20,388 nt of DNA from an archaeon (GCA_038736665.1 JAVYMF010000006.1:1-20388), one strand, 5' to 3'; shown: positions 6,961 to 16,504, counted from the first letter of the stretch. The notes: generated from the letters alone by a model not told the origin. Numbers and translations: made by a program.

Positions 6961-7914
6961 ATGATGGCAATGGTTATTTATATATTCACAGGGCGCGTCG
7001 GTATTAGCATGATTGAGTCGCTCATCAACCCAGAGCGCGTTGAGAAAAAGCCTTGGGAAGCGTTCATCGCGGGATTTCTTTTCACGATAGCCGCGTGCGT
7101 CCTAACGATGCAGATGAGTGTTACGGGCAGCGGCACGGGCTTTCTCGTGGTTTCCTTCATAACGATAGCTGCCGCGCCTTTCATGGTGCGCTTGTTCGAC
7201 ATCGAGGAAAGCAAAAGAGCCGAGAAAAAAAGCCTACTAGGCAGGCACGAGGAAATCATTCAAGTGTTTGCTTTCTTTTTCGTTGCCGTCATATTCGCTT
7301 CATCGCTGTTCTTCGTGCTGACGGGAGACGACGCGAGCTCGCTCATGTTCGGTGACCAAACGCTTGACTTGTGCTCGAAAGGCCTCATAAAAGACCCCTT
7401 GTGCGCCAAGGCATGCGAAACAGGCGCGCTGAGCGGACCCGTGTGCAGTGAGATGCAGATGACGGGGAACGCCATCGCGTTCAACCCTGACTTCATGACG
7501 ATACTGATGAACAACCTCACAGTTCTGGCGCTTGCGGTAATATTCTCGCTCATACTCGGCGCCGGGGCTGTGTACTTGATAGCGTGGAACGCAACGGTAA
7601 TAGGTGTGCTTATCGCGAAAGTAGCTGAAACGCCGTCAATCCTGGGTTACGCCGACCTCGGAAGCCCATTAATGAATTATATCATCGCTCTCCCGATGAC
7701 GTTGCTGAGGATTCTGCCGCATGGCATTTTCGAGTTCGGAGGATACTTCTTCGGCGCGGTGGCTGGGGGAATACTTTCCTTCTCCCTGATGAGAATGCGC
7801 TGGTGCGACGTCACGAGAATGACGCTGCGCAGGTCGTTCAAGGATGCCGTGATTTACCTGGCAATAAGCGTCGCGCTCATCTTCATCGGCGCCGTAATAG
7901 AAGTAGGCATCTAA
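6961..7914 (+). CDS. Polytopic membrane protein of the SpoIIM/DUF95-like family, with an inserted four-cysteine extracytoplasmic loop.
   Basis: LPHGIFEFGGYFFGA near the C-terminal third resembles the PHGIFE(L/I)P signature of stage II sporulation protein M-like proteins. There are multiple TM helices. The loop is LDLCSKGLIKDPLCAKACETGALSGPVCSEM. The start is ambiguous between ATG at 6961, 6970 or 7009, and a TATA-like TATTTAATAG lies at 6939..6950. Confidence 0.5.
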   Translation: MMAMVIYIFTGRVGISMIESLINPERVEKKPWEAFIAGFLFTIAACVLTMQMSVTGSGTGFLVVSFITIAAAPFMVRLFDIEESKRAEKKSLLGRHEEIIQVFAFFFVAVIFASSLFFVLTGDDASSLMFGDQTLDLCSKGLIKDPLCAKACETGALSGPVCSEMQMTGNAIAFNPDFMTILMNNLTVLALAVIFSLILGAGAVYLIAWNATVIGVLIAKVAETPSILGYADLGSPLMNYIIALPMTLLRILPHGIFEFGGYFFGAVAGGILSFSLMRMRWCDVTRMTLRRSFKDAVIYLAISVALIFIGAVIEVGI

Positions 7915-7985
7915 GCAAAAAACGCGAAGTTTAATGTTGTCGTCTTGTAATAAGACGCTGGAGAAGACGATATTTACTTTTTTTT
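7915..7985. terminator. Convergent-gene terminator zone with a short hairpin plus oligo-T tracts on both strands.
   Basis: Hairpin CGTCTT-gtaat-AAGACG spans 7941..7957. T9 on the plus strand (7977..7985) would serve the SpoIIM-like gene, and T6 on the minus strand (A6 at 7919..7924) would serve the SPFH gene. Confidence 0.3.
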
Positions 7986-9011
7986 CTTGCCGAGTTTCGC
8001 GCTTAGCGCTGCTTTGATTAGGGCTTTTTCGTCTTCGGTCAGTTCGAGCTTTTCTATGCCATATTCTTCTTTTAGCTCGTCTATTATGCTTTTTTTCTTC
8101 TCGCCTGCAGCTGCTTTTTCCTTGTATTTTTCAGCGATTTCCTGCTGGGCTTTAGCGTAGTCTGTGCCGAATTTTTCCGAAACGCTTGCTGCGAGGCGCG
8201 AGAGCTCCATTGGGAAGATTATTTTGGACGACTTGCCTTCTGCGATTTTCTGAAGCGACTGCAGGTACATGTACTGCAGGGTCGGCTGCGAGAATTTGCT
8301 TGCGGCTTCTTGGACGGCGTCCAGCTTTATTTTCATGCCTTCTGCTGTTTCTTTCGCTGCGAGCTTTTTCTGTTGGGCTTCTTTGAGGGCGTGCATTGCT
8401 TTCTGCAGACCTTCGGGGAGGGTTACGGACTGTATTTCGACGTTTTCTATTTCAACGCCCCAATCCTCGGTGACTTTTTTGGTGCTTTCCTTGAGCATGG
8501 CGTTTATTTTCGAGATGCTGGATATGACGTCTGAAGCTTCCATTTGACCTACTACTGAGCGCAGCGCCGCTTGAACGTCCAGAACAGCGGATTTTTGGTA
8601 GTTTTCGACGTTCAGAACAGCTTTTTTGGGGTCCTGGACTTTCAGGAAAAGAATGGCATCTATCTTCAGCTTTACGTTATCTTTGGTCACCACTTCTTGC
8701 GCGGGAATGTCGACTGACTTGGTCCTGAGGTCGACGAGGACGTGGGATTCTATGAACGGTATTAAGAAAGTCCACCCGGGCCCTGCTACGCGCTCGAACT
8801 TGCCACGGTGAAAAATCACGGCTCTCTCGTATTCGTTGAGCCTTACGAAATAATTAGGTGCGCTGATGTAAACGAGCGCAAGGATTGCTATTATGAAAAC
8901 TATCGTCGCGAAAGAGTACCAGAGGTTGAATACTGTGAGCAACGCCGCTCCGAACACCAGCGCGAAGACGAGGGTGATGAACAGCGCTGACTGCTTCTGC
9001 TCTTCTTTCAT
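7974..9011 (-). CDS. SPFH/band-7 (stomatin/prohibitin-like) membrane protein with an N-terminal TM hairpin and a long K/E/A-rich C-terminal tail.
   Basis: The core is ...RAVIFHRGKFERVAGPGWTFLIPFIESHVLVDLRTKSVDIPAQEVVTKDNVKLKIDAILFLKVQDP...VENYQKSA..., followed by coiled-coil-like sequence. The probable start is ATG at 9011 (MKEEQKQ...), with TATA (TTTTATAC) about 25 nt upstream. The track ORF extends to 9044. Confidence 0.8.
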   Translation of the reverse strand: MKEEQKQSALFITLVFALVFGAALLTVFNLWYSFATIVFIIAILALVYISAPNYFVRLNEYERAVIFHRGKFERVAGPGWTFLIPFIESHVLVDLRTKSVDIPAQEVVTKDNVKLKIDAILFLKVQDPKKAVLNVENYQKSAVLDVQAALRSVVGQMEASDVISSISKINAMLKESTKKVTEDWGVEIENVEIQSVTLPEGLQKAMHALKEAQQKKLAAKETAEGMKIKLDAVQEAASKFSQPTLQYMYLQSLQKIAEGKSSKIIFPMELSRLAASVSEKFGTDYAKAQQEIAEKYKEKAAAGEKKKSIIDELKEEYGIEKLELTEDEKALIKAALSAKLGKKKK

Positions 9012-9032
9012 GCGTCTTTTAAGGCTCGGAAG

Positions 9033-9060
9033 GTATAAAAACATAACATATATTTAATAT
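9033..9060. promoter_or_regulatory. Bidirectional promoter region with two TATA boxes (SPFH gene leftward, DUF373-like gene rightward).
   Basis: GGTATAAAAAC (9033..9042) is about 25 nt upstream of the minus-strand ATG at 9011. TATTTAATAT (9051..9060) is about 28 nt upstream of the plus-strand ATG at 9083. Confidence 0.5.
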
Positions 9061-9082
9061 CCGAGAGGCGGGTGCGAACGCG

Positions 9083-10297
9083 ATGTCAAAAGTCCTAGTG
9101 CTTTGCGTGGACCGCGATGACGATGTCGGAAAAAAGACCCGGTTCAAAGGCCCGATTGTCGGCGAGAAGAACAACATCGAAGTAGCCACGGCTCTTATCG
9201 CAGCTGATCCTGGGGAAAGCGATGGCAACACGATGTTCGAGGCCGTGCGCGTTTTCCGCGAGCTTAAGAAGGACGCGGTGGATGTCGTGACGCTGACGGG
9301 TCATCCTTCGCGCGGGTACGCTGCTGACAAGACTCTGGCGGCGCAGCTGGACAGTGTTCTGAAGAAATACGGCAAGATCGACGGGGTTTATCTGGTTACT
9401 GATGGGGCTGACGACGACGAGATAATCCCTATAATTCACTCGCGAGCGAAAGTCATCTCCAAGAAAACGCTGATAATAAAGCAGGCGAAAGAGCTGGAAA
9501 AATCGTATTACGTGATAAAGCAGCTGCTGCAGGAGCCGGCTTTCGCCAGGATAGTGTTCGGTTTGCCGGGCGTAATACTTTTGACTCTTTCTTTTTTCCA
9601 AGAGCTCGGCCTGAAGATAATCATTTTCCTCATCGGAACTTACTTGATGCTGAAAGGATTCGGCGTTGAGGAACCAGTGATAAACTCGTTCCGCTCTTTC
9701 CGGGAAACGACGAGCATTGAGCGCGCGTCTTTCCCCTTGTACATCGGCGCGTTCCTAATGGGCATATTTTCTGTCTGGGCTGGCTTCGAAAAACTCTCGA
9801 CTGCCCAGGCCTCGTTCCTGATGCAGGCCACGTCATTCATTTCTGGGTTCGCGACGCTGTTCATCATAGCTGTGGCGCTGTTTTTGTTCGGCAGAATCGG
9901 AGACATGGCTTACCAGAAAGAGACTTACAAGATAAAGCGCTACTTGATGAGCCTCGTCTCGATAATAGCGATTTGGACCGTGCTCTTGAAAGCGGTTGAC
10001 TTCATATTCGGGAAGATATTTCTAGACGAACTGATATTGTGGGTGCTGCTGGCGTTCTTCGCTTCCATCGTGGGCTTGAACGTTGTGAAGCGCCTGTTCA
10101 TAGACAGGTTCGTGGTAAAGCACTTGAGGAAAGACATGGACGCTTACGACGAAAACGGCGACAGGCTAGGCAAAATCACTGAAGTGAACCGCAATAAGCG
10201 CTTCATCACCGTTGAAAAAAAGGATGAGAAGACAAAAATTTCCTTCAACAAGATAGCGCTTGTAACGAGCGAGTACGCGTCAATAAGAACGCGCTAG
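9083..10297 (+). CDS. Archaeal integral membrane protein with an N-terminal cytoplasmic domain, possibly DUF373/COG2237-type (from memory, unverified).
   Basis: The N-terminus [19 protein letters not shown]...[10 protein letters not shown]...[13 protein letters not shown] forms a soluble domain of about 150 aa and is followed by 6 or more TM helices. The ATG is preceded by GAGGCGGGTG (SD-like) and two TATA boxes at 9033..9060. Confidence 0.55.
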   Translation: MSKVLVLCVDRDDDVGKKTRFKGPIVGEKNNIEVATALIAADPGESDGNTMFEAVRVFRELKKDAVDVVTLTGHPSRGYAADKTLAAQLDSVLKKYGKIDGVYLVTDGADDDEIIPIIHSRAKVISKKTLIIKQAKELEKSYYVIKQLLQEPAFARIVFGLPGVILLTLSFFQELGLKIIIFLIGTYLMLKGFGVEEPVINSFRSFRETTSIERASFPLYIGAFLMGIFSVWAGFEKLSTAQASFLMQATSFISGFATLFIIAVALFLFGRIGDMAYQKETYKIKRYLMSLVSIIAIWTVLLKAVDFIFGKIFLDELILWVLLAFFASIVGLNVVKRLFIDRFVVKHLRKDMDAYDENGDRLGKITEVNRNKRFITVEKKDEKTKISFNKIALVTSEYASIRTR

Positions 10298-12186
10298 GCG
10301 ATCGTTTTTCGTACTTCTGCAATCAGCTGTTTCTTCGCTGCGCACTCTTTCAGCGCGATTTTCAGGACGTCGACCAAATCGCTGGCAGTCACTATCCTGA
10401 TTTTTTTAGCTTTCTTCGCGTCAAGCACGACGTCGTCCTTGTTTCCGTGCGGTATAATGACTGTTTTCGCGCCTGCCTCGATGGCAGCTTCTATTTTCGC
10501 TGAAACGCCGCCCACGGGCAGCACTTCACCTTTGACGCTTATGGAACCGGTCATAGCGACGCTCTGGTCGACTGGAACGTTTTCCAGCGCGGATATCACG
10601 GCTGTAGCGACGCTTATTGAAGCTGAGTCGCCTTCAACGCCCTCGTACGTCTGCAAGAATTGAATGTGCACGTCGTAATTCTTTATGTCCTTGCCTTTGT
10701 ATTTTTTAACTATCGCGAAAACGTTCTGCACGGCCTCCTGCGCGATTTCGCCGAGTTTTCCCGTGGCTATTGTCTTGCCGACATTAACGCTCTGCGCGGG
10801 CGCGACGCTCGCCTCAATAGGTAAGAGTATTCCGCCGAAGCCCACGTTCCCGCCGAGCACGGCGAGGCCGTTCACTTTACCGACAGCCAATCCGCGCGTT
10901 CGGAACACTTCATACTCTTTCTTCACGTCAATCGTCTTGTCGGCTATCTGCTGCTCGAGAGTGCGCGCCAGCGTCTTAGCCGCCAGGACATGCTCTCTTG
11001 TGACGATGCGCGCGTTCTTGGTACGCGCGATGTCGCCCGCCGCTCGGACTAGCCCGCCGAGGTCGCGCAGCTTCAGCGTCAGCCTGTTCTTTCTTCCAGC
11101 GCGCCTGCGGGCTTCGAAAATTACTTCTTCGACGGCTTCAGCGTCGAAATGAGGTATTTTCCCGTCTTTCTTCACTTCTTGCGCGACGAACATGACTATT
11201 TTCTCGCGGTTTGCTTTGGTGTCAGGCATGTCCTCGTTCAAGTAAATCTCGTACCCGTAGCCGCGGATGCGCGACCGCAATGCAGGGTGCATTTTCTGCA
11301 GATCAGACATGTTTCCCGAAGCTATGAGCAAGAAGTCGCACGGCACAGCGTCAGTGCGCACCATCGCGCCTGACGACATCTCGCTCTGGCCAGTGATAGG
11401 GTATTTTTTTTCCTGCATTGCCGTAAGAAGCTCTTGCTGCGCTTTCGGAGACAATGTCGCGACCTCGTCGATGAACAGCACGCCGCGGTTTGCTTTGTGA
11501 ATCATGCCTGGCTCGACGCGCAGGTGAGGGGGCGTCCCGAGGCCGCCGCTCTGGTACGGGTCGTGGCGCACGTCGCCCAGCAGCGCCCCTGCCCGCGCGC
11601 CTGTGGCGTCCACGAAAGGCGCTGAGTTCTTGCCGAAGTTGTCGATGAGCAGCTTAGGCGCGTTTTCCTTTTCCCTGCCAGGCATTCTCAGTCCTTTCAT
11701 TCCTGAAGCGAAAGCGCTCGCGAAGACAAGGATGGCCATGAAAAGGCCGCCGACGATGATGAAAGCAGCGAGTATTATGTCCGTGAAAAGGCGGAAATAC
11801 ATTGAAACTGCTATTGAAAGCATAAACAGCAGCCCTATTAAGAGCACGGGGCCGAAGCCTGGTGTCATTTCTTCCATTGACTGCTGGACGCTTTTCATTT
11901 TCGAGTCAGCGACCATCTTGCGGCCGGAACCTGCGGGAACTACGACGACTTTCGGGTTGTTCTCGTCGCTCGGGTTCGGGTAAATCAAAACATCTTCAAG
12001 CCGCTCCACGGGAAGCATTTCGGCCATGGCCTGCGCGAGCATACTTTTTCCCGTGCCAGGCTCGCCGATGAGAAGGACGTTCCTCTTCTGAGCGGCGGCT
12101 TTCTTGATTAGCTCAACGGCCTTTTCTTGTCCTATCACTTGGCCTACAAGCTTTTCAGACACCTGTATTTCAGAAGTCGATTTCAT
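10294..12186 (-). CDS. lon: Archaeal membrane-bound ATP-dependent Lon protease (LonB).
   Basis: Walker A is [16 protein letters not shown] two-helix TM insertion follows Walker A, as in LonB, and Walker B is VLFIDEV. The C-terminal protease domain has the catalytic Ser in [17 protein letters not shown] and Lys in [10 protein letters not shown]. The ORF is 630 aa with an ATG start. Confidence 0.92.
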   Translation of the reverse strand: MKSTSEIQVSEKLVGQVIGQEKAVELIKKAAAQKRNVLLIGEPGTGKSMLAQAMAEMLPVERLEDVLIYPNPSDENNPKVVVVPAGSGRKMVADSKMKSVQQSMEEMTPGFGPVLLIGLLFMLSIAVSMYFRLFTDIILAAFIIVGGLFMAILVFASAFASGMKGLRMPGREKENAPKLLIDNFGKNSAPFVDATGARAGALLGDVRHDPYQSGGLGTPPHLRVEPGMIHKANRGVLFIDEVATLSPKAQQELLTAMQEKKYPITGQSEMSSGAMVRTDAVPCDFLLIASGNMSDLQKMHPALRSRIRGYGYEIYLNEDMPDTKANREKIVMFVAQEVKKDGKIPHFDAEAVEEVIFEARRRAGRKNRLTLKLRDLGGLVRAAGDIARTKNARIVTREHVLAAKTLARTLEQQIADKTIDVKKEYEVFRTRGLAVGKVNGLAVLGGNVGFGGILLPIEASVAPAQSVNVGKTIATGKLGEIAQEAVQNVFAIVKKYKGKDIKNYDVHIQFLQTYEGVEGDSASISVATAVISALENVPVDQSVAMTGSISVKGEVLPVGGVSAKIEAAIEAGAKTVIIPHGNKDDVVLDAKKAKKIRIVTASDLVDVLKIALKECAAKKQLIAEVRKTIA

Positions 12187-12224
12187 TGCTTTTCCACTCT
12201 CGTTTGAATACGCAGTATTATTAT

Positions 12225-13487
12225 TTAAACTATTTTCCCACGGTATACCCAGGACGGGCCGTAGTAATTCTCGTGGCTCTGGAAATCGTCGGCCAAGCGC
12301 AAGCTTTTCAGAACGTCAAAAAAGTTGCCTGTAATCGAACACTTCGACACAGGCTTAGTTAATTCGCCGTTATTCAGGAACGCGGCGTTCGAAATTTCCA
12401 TGGAAAAGTCCCCAGTGAGCTCGTTCGCGTTATGCACTCCGATGACGTCGTAAACAAAAACGCCTTCCAAATCGCGGAACGGAATATACTCCCTCGCCTT
12501 GGCTTCTATGTTCGAAAAGCCAGGGTGCGGCAATGAAGAGAAAGCGCGTATTGCGTTGCCTGACGGCTTTTTTTTCGCCAAGGCCGCGGCTTTCAAGTCA
12601 TAAAAGTAATTCCTTAAAACGCCGTTCTCTATTATGGGCTTGCGTTCTGCGGGCACGCCCTCGTCGTCGCACGCAAAAGACATTATACCGCCTGCTCGCA
12701 GGGGGTTGTCATACAAGGAAAAAGAATCGCTGGCCACTTTCTTGCCTAATTTCCCTGAGAAATAAGACTGCTTTCTGAAAGCTTCCTCGCCGTTCACTGC
12801 TACTTCTAAAATTTCCAAAATCAGGCTTAGCGCGACAGAAGGGTGAAGCACTATGTCGTACTCGCCCGACACCCGTCTGCCTCCTTGGAATTTTTCGGCG
12901 TACTCGCCGGCCTTCTGCGAAACCTCTTGGAGGCAGAAGTGTTCTCGCGCGCTGAAAGAAAAAGAGGAAACGCATTCCTTGAACTGCGCGGATGACGTCG
13001 CGCTCAACTGATTTTCTCTGCACTCGAAGTCAACGCCGTTTGAGTTGATGATGCGCGAGCGCTCTTCGGAGTAGGACACAAAGTTCTGGTTCGAGTGAGA
13101 GCGGCCTTTGATTTCAGTCATGCCGATGACTTCGTCGGCGATTTCTTCTTTCTTGGACGCCAACTTTTTTGAGTAAAGGCCTTTCACGTGCTGATAGCCT
13201 GAGCTTTCCGGAAAATTAAACTTAACCCCTGAAAACTTCGCAGAGCTCAGCGCGCTCTTTAACGCAGCGCCGAACATTTTCTCGTCTGTAAAGTAAGAGA
13301 ATCCCACGCCTCCTTTTTTTAAGACGCGGATAGCATAGCCTGACGTCGAAGACGAGTCGAAGCTTTCAACGCGGTCCAAAACAGTCTTGAACAGGAGGCT
13401 GTTTGAAGATGAAAAAAATAGCTCGGCTTCATCGCAATGCTTCTCGGCTTCTCTCAAAAAATAAGTTAAGTCAGGCAACGCGCACAC
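12225..13487 (-). CDS. PmbA/TldE-family (peptidase U62, non-catalytic partner of TldD) protein.
   Basis: Global TldD/PmbA-family similarity: ...[16 protein letters not shown]...GGGR..GEYDIVL... pattern, with no HExxxH. The start is a non-ATG codon. The track start at 13487 is GTG sitting inside AAGAGGTG. TTG at 13478, with that GGTG as SD 6 nt upstream, is equally likely. The gene overlaps the tldD 3' end. Confidence 0.8.
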   Translation of the reverse strand: MCALPDLTYFLREAEKHCDEAELFFSSSNSLLFKTVLDRVESFDSSSTSGYAIRVLKKGGVGFSYFTDEKMFGAALKSALSSAKFSGVKFNFPESSGYQHVKGLYSKKLASKKEEIADEVIGMTEIKGRSHSNQNFVSYSEERSRIINSNGVDFECRENQLSATSSAQFKECVSSFSFSAREHFCLQEVSQKAGEYAEKFQGGRRVSGEYDIVLHPSVALSLILEILEVAVNGEEAFRKQSYFSGKLGKKVASDSFSLYDNPLRAGGIMSFACDDEGVPAERKPIIENGVLRNYFYDLKAAALAKKKPSGNAIRAFSSLPHPGFSNIEAKAREYIPFRDLEGVFVYDVIGVHNANELTGDFSMEISNAAFLNNGELTKPVSKCSITGNFFDVLKSLRLADDFQSHENYYGPSWVYRGKIV

Positions 13488-14820
13488 CTCTTATTCTCAT
13501 ATGCGGCGCCGAGCCGCTTACAGGGACTCCTTGCCCTCCCTTGCCGCAAGTGCCTGGGTCGTTGAACGCCATGTCTTTGCCGACGGCGTCTACTTTTTTC
13601 AGAGTAGTGAGAATATCGCCGATAATCACGATGTCGCGGACGCGCTCCTTTAACTCTCCGTTTTCAATAATATAACCGCCTTCTGACGCGAACTGATACG
13701 TTCCCGCGGACGTCATAACCTGCCCTCCTTTCACGCCTTCCACGTACAAACCGCGGCGCACGTCAATGATGTCATCGAAAGAAAAATCGCCTGTTTCGAC
13801 TACTGTGTTGCTCATCCTCACTAAAGGAAAGCGCGATACTCCTTGCGAGCGAGCATTTCCGGTGGAGTGCGTTTTCATTTTTCCAGCTGTCTCGCGAGAG
13901 TGCAAATAAGAGCATAAAACTCCTTTGTCGATGATTCGCGTAGGGCGCGCCTTCACGCCCTCGTCATCATAATAGTAAGAGCCGGCGAACCTTTCGAGCG
14001 TCGGGTCGTCAATTATGCTCACGTGCTGCGAGCCGATGCGTTCGCCTATTCTGCCGCGCAAGATGGACTCGCCCATCAGGACGTAATCCGCTTCGCACGC
14101 GTGGCCGACGGCCTCGTGCGCCAGCGTGCCGCTCATTTTAGGGCCGAGCACTACGTCGTAAACCCCCGGCTTGACTCGCTTCGCCCGAAGGAGGGAAACG
14201 CAGCGCTTTGCAACGTCTTCTGTTTTTTCCATCGCGTCGTCAGCCAGCTCTAACCCGTAAAGCCCGGAAAATCCTTCGGAGGATTTAATCACAAGGCCGT
14301 TTTTTCCGGCGAAGACTGAGTGGAATATTCCGCTCGAGTCGGACTCGAAATCCACGCGTGAGCCTTCCGAGGAAGCGTAAAAATGCCTGAAATGCGCGTC
14401 TCTGTAAGTCGTGTCGAATCCGACGACGCTTTTCATTTTCAGGAGTCTGTTCAGTTCCAGGGTTTTCTTGACTTTCTCGTCAAGAGAAAAGTCGCTGACT
14501 GGCTTCTTGGATTTGAGTTTAATGCTGTCGACGCTTGTTTTCTCTTGGCTCATTGTAGTCTTCAGGCTTTTTTTCCCTGCTGCCCTGCATAAACGCATCG
14601 CAACGCTTAAAGTTTCTTTTAATTTTTTCTCATCATTAGTTGACGCGAAACCAAAAGCTCCTTTTTTAAGAACGCGCACTGAAAAAGCCGAGCGCGAGCT
14701 GTTTACTGCGCTGTCTGGCTTTCCGCTGCGCACGGAAACGAACGCTGAGTCAACTGAAACTCCTCGTATTTCTACGAGGTCGGCGTCGGCATCTAGAAAA
14801 CGCTCGATTGCATCTATCAT
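13471..14820 (-). CDS. tldD: TldD metalloprotease (peptidase U62, catalytic subunit).
   Basis: The HExxxH zinc motif is in AHEAVGHACEADYVL. A TldD-type N-terminal region (MIDAIERFLD...YVEIRG) and the GGxxxS...G C-terminal patterns are present. ATG at 14820 overlaps the upstream gene's stop (ATGA) and has the SD-like AAGGAAG 7 nt upstream. Confidence 0.88.
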   Translation of the reverse strand: MIDAIERFLDADADLVEIRGVSVDSAFVSVRSGKPDSAVNSSRSAFSVRVLKKGAFGFASTNDEKKLKETLSVAMRLCRAAGKKSLKTTMSQEKTSVDSIKLKSKKPVSDFSLDEKVKKTLELNRLLKMKSVVGFDTTYRDAHFRHFYASSEGSRVDFESDSSGIFHSVFAGKNGLVIKSSEGFSGLYGLELADDAMEKTEDVAKRCVSLLRAKRVKPGVYDVVLGPKMSGTLAHEAVGHACEADYVLMGESILRGRIGERIGSQHVSIIDDPTLERFAGSYYYDDEGVKARPTRIIDKGVLCSYLHSRETAGKMKTHSTGNARSQGVSRFPLVRMSNTVVETGDFSFDDIIDVRRGLYVEGVKGGQVMTSAGTYQFASEGGYIIENGELKERVRDIVIIGDILTTLKKVDAVGKDMAFNDPGTCGKGGQGVPVSGSAPHMRIRGVRVA

Positions 14821-16121
14821 ACTAATCTTCCTTTGTCTATGACCAAGCGGCCGTCAACAAAAACTTTTCCGTTGCAGTTGCGCAGGTCCTTGATGAAGTC
14901 CAGATGTGACGCTGCGTTTGTTTTTCCTCCGTAGCCGCGGTTCCATCCTATTGCGATGTGAACTGAACCGAAAATCTTCTCGTCTATGATTATTTCCCCA
15001 CGCGTGAATTCTGCTTTCTTGTTCAGACCGATTCCGAATTCTGCTATGCGGTTCGAGTCCTTGCCGTTCTTTTTTATGAATTCGCCGAGCATTCCTGCAC
15101 CTTTTTCAGCGGTGCTTTTCATGACAAGGCCATCCTTGAAAGTCAGCGTCAGGCGCTCTGCAACCCCCTCTCCTGGGATGACTGAAACTGGTATGACAAG
15201 AGTTCCGTTCGCCGACGTCTCCACGGGAGCGAAGAAGATTTCGCCTGTGGGAATGTTTTTTCCGACGTCGCCGTGCTTTACTCCCTCCTCGTCGTATTCC
15301 GCGGTGTCCTTGTTCAAGCGTCTGCCTTTCAAGGAAAACGACAAATCAGTGCCGTCGTCGGCGGTGATGCGTATGATGTCCGCGCCTTTGAACGCTTTAG
15401 TGTAAGCGTCGACAAGCCGCTGGATGTCACTTGAGTAAGAGTATTCGATGCAGTCAAACATTATTTTTTTAAGTTTCCTGTAAGGGAACTTCCTTTCTCT
15501 CGTGGCGCGCTTGTGTGGCCAGCCGACAAGCACCCACGGCGTGTGCTTCTCGTCGCTTATCTCATGCAACTTCATTGTGACGGGGCGACGCACGCGTATT
15601 TTTGAAGGAGGTATTCCTCGGCTCCAGCCGCTCCAGTCGCGCGACTCAAGGTGAATCGCTGCGTCTATGTTTTCCTCGATCAACCGCGATACGGCTGGCA
15701 GCTCGCGCAACGCGTCTTCAGAGCGGTACTGGACGAATTTCCTGGTGCGCTCCATATCTGTTTCATTCATTATCACAAAAGCGTCTTTCTTCCAAAGCTC
15801 GTCCCTCACTGCGTACGCTAGCGTTCTGTTGTCCGGATGATATGTGACTTGGACCGTCATTGATATTTTGTCTTTGACGCGGTAGCGCTTGCCTTTCTTT
15901 ATAAGCAGCGGGCCGTAAGTGACATCTTCGTACTTCGCCAGGAACTTCTCGGCGTTTTTTTCGTTCATACAGAGGTTCTGCGCTGCGTAATGCAACGAGA
16001 ACGCTCCGCGCATCCACGGGTATTTCTTGCTGATTTTAAGAAAATAGGGGTTGTCTTTTTTCCCGACGCGCATGCTTTTATTCACGATATTATAAGCGAG
16101 CTTTTGAACGTCCATAGCCAT
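14817..16121 (-). CDS. Aminopeptidase of the M29 family (aminopeptidase T/S, 'thermophilic metalloprotease').
   Basis: M29 hallmark blocks are present: NIPTGEIFFAP, AEFGIGLN, FGSVHIAIG and ASHLDFI. ATG at 16121 has TATA (AATTAAATAC, 16142..16153) 27 nt upstream, so it is probably the first gene of the protease operon. Confidence 0.85.
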   Translation of the reverse strand: MAMDVQKLAYNIVNKSMRVGKKDNPYFLKISKKYPWMRGAFSLHYAAQNLCMNEKNAEKFLAKYEDVTYGPLLIKKGKRYRVKDKISMTVQVTYHPDNRTLAYAVRDELWKKDAFVIMNETDMERTRKFVQYRSEDALRELPAVSRLIEENIDAAIHLESRDWSGWSRGIPPSKIRVRRPVTMKLHEISDEKHTPWVLVGWPHKRATRERKFPYRKLKKIMFDCIEYSYSSDIQRLVDAYTKAFKGADIIRITADDGTDLSFSLKGRRLNKDTAEYDEEGVKHGDVGKNIPTGEIFFAPVETSANGTLVIPVSVIPGEGVAERLTLTFKDGLVMKSTAEKGAGMLGEFIKKNGKDSNRIAEFGIGLNKKAEFTRGEIIIDEKIFGSVHIAIGWNRGYGGKTNAASHLDFIKDLRNCNGKVFVDGRLVIDKGRLV

Positions 16122-16141
16122 CTTTCATAAAACGCTGTGAT

Positions 16142-16153
16142 TGTATTTAATTG
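16142..16153 (-). promoter_or_regulatory. Promoter TATA box of the aminopeptidase-tldD-pmbA-lon operon.
   Basis: Minus-strand AATTAAATACAA is centred 27 nt upstream of the aminopeptidase ATG (16121). The spacing matches the other first genes in this window. Confidence 0.5.
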
Positions 16154-16160
16154 TTCCCGG

Positions 16161-16169
16161 AAAAAAAAA
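16161..16169 (-). terminator. Oligo-T (T9 on the minus strand) archaeal-type terminator downstream of the RHH gene.
   Basis: A plus-strand A9 run (ggAAAAAAAAAgcc) lies about 90 nt after the RHH stop and just upstream of the protease-operon TATA. Archaeal RNA polymerase terminates at oligo-dT tracts. Confidence 0.4.
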
Positions 16170-16256
16170 GCCGTGCGCGCGTTGAACAGACTTTTCCGCG
16201 TGCGTTGTCGAATGTATGCCGCGCGCCGGACCGAAACACAGACCTATTTTTCAGCG

Positions 16257-16472
16257 TTATGTTGCTTTTTTCCCGAGCTCAACCGTGCGCAGTTCGAACT
16301 TCGGCCGCTCGACGTGCTTGATGCCGTGCTCGTCTACGAGCCGGCGCGCCGCGTCGCGCAAAGCGTCTGAAATGTTAGAATAATACCCTTCGTCAACAAG
16401 GTGGCGGAGCTGGTGCTCAAGGCGGCGCGGTACACGAGTGTGTATCACAGTTGAGATATTATCGTCATTCAT
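16257..16472 (-). CDS. Ribbon-helix-helix (CopG/Arc/MetJ-type) DNA-binding protein.
   Basis: MNDDNISTVIHTRVPRRLEHQLRHLVDEGYYSNISDALRDAARRLVDE fits the RHH beta-strand, helix A and helix B pattern (compare [34 protein letters not shown]). ATG is at 16472, and the track start at 16496 is an over-extension. An oligo-T9 run (plus-strand A9 at 16161..16169) lies downstream on its strand. Confidence 0.7.
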   Translation of the reverse strand: MNDDNISTVIHTRVPRRLEHQLRHLVDEGYYSNISDALRDAARRLVDEHGIKHVERPKFELRTVELGKKAT

Positions 16473-16494
16473 ATGTAACACAAAAGTATACAAC

Positions 16495-16504
16495 ATTTAT
16501 AAAG
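16495..16504. promoter_or_regulatory. TATA box in the divergent RHH / RNase Z intergenic region.
   Basis: ATTTATAAAG lies about 25 nt upstream of the RHH ATG (16472, minus) and about 55 nt upstream of the rnz ATG (16559, plus). Confidence 0.4.

Noticed and set aside
9095-9601. 168-aa minus-strand ORF (plus 9630..9906 and 9940..10137).
   Set aside because: These lie antisense inside the DUF373-like membrane protein gene, are low-complexity R/Q/L-rich and have no upstream signals, so I treat them as shadow ORFs.
10439-12071. Series of plus-strand ORFs (74-155 aa) inside the lon locus.
   Set aside because: They are antisense to the high-confidence LonB gene. Their Ala/Ser/Pro/Arg-rich translations are typical of the reverse strand of a GC-rich coding region.
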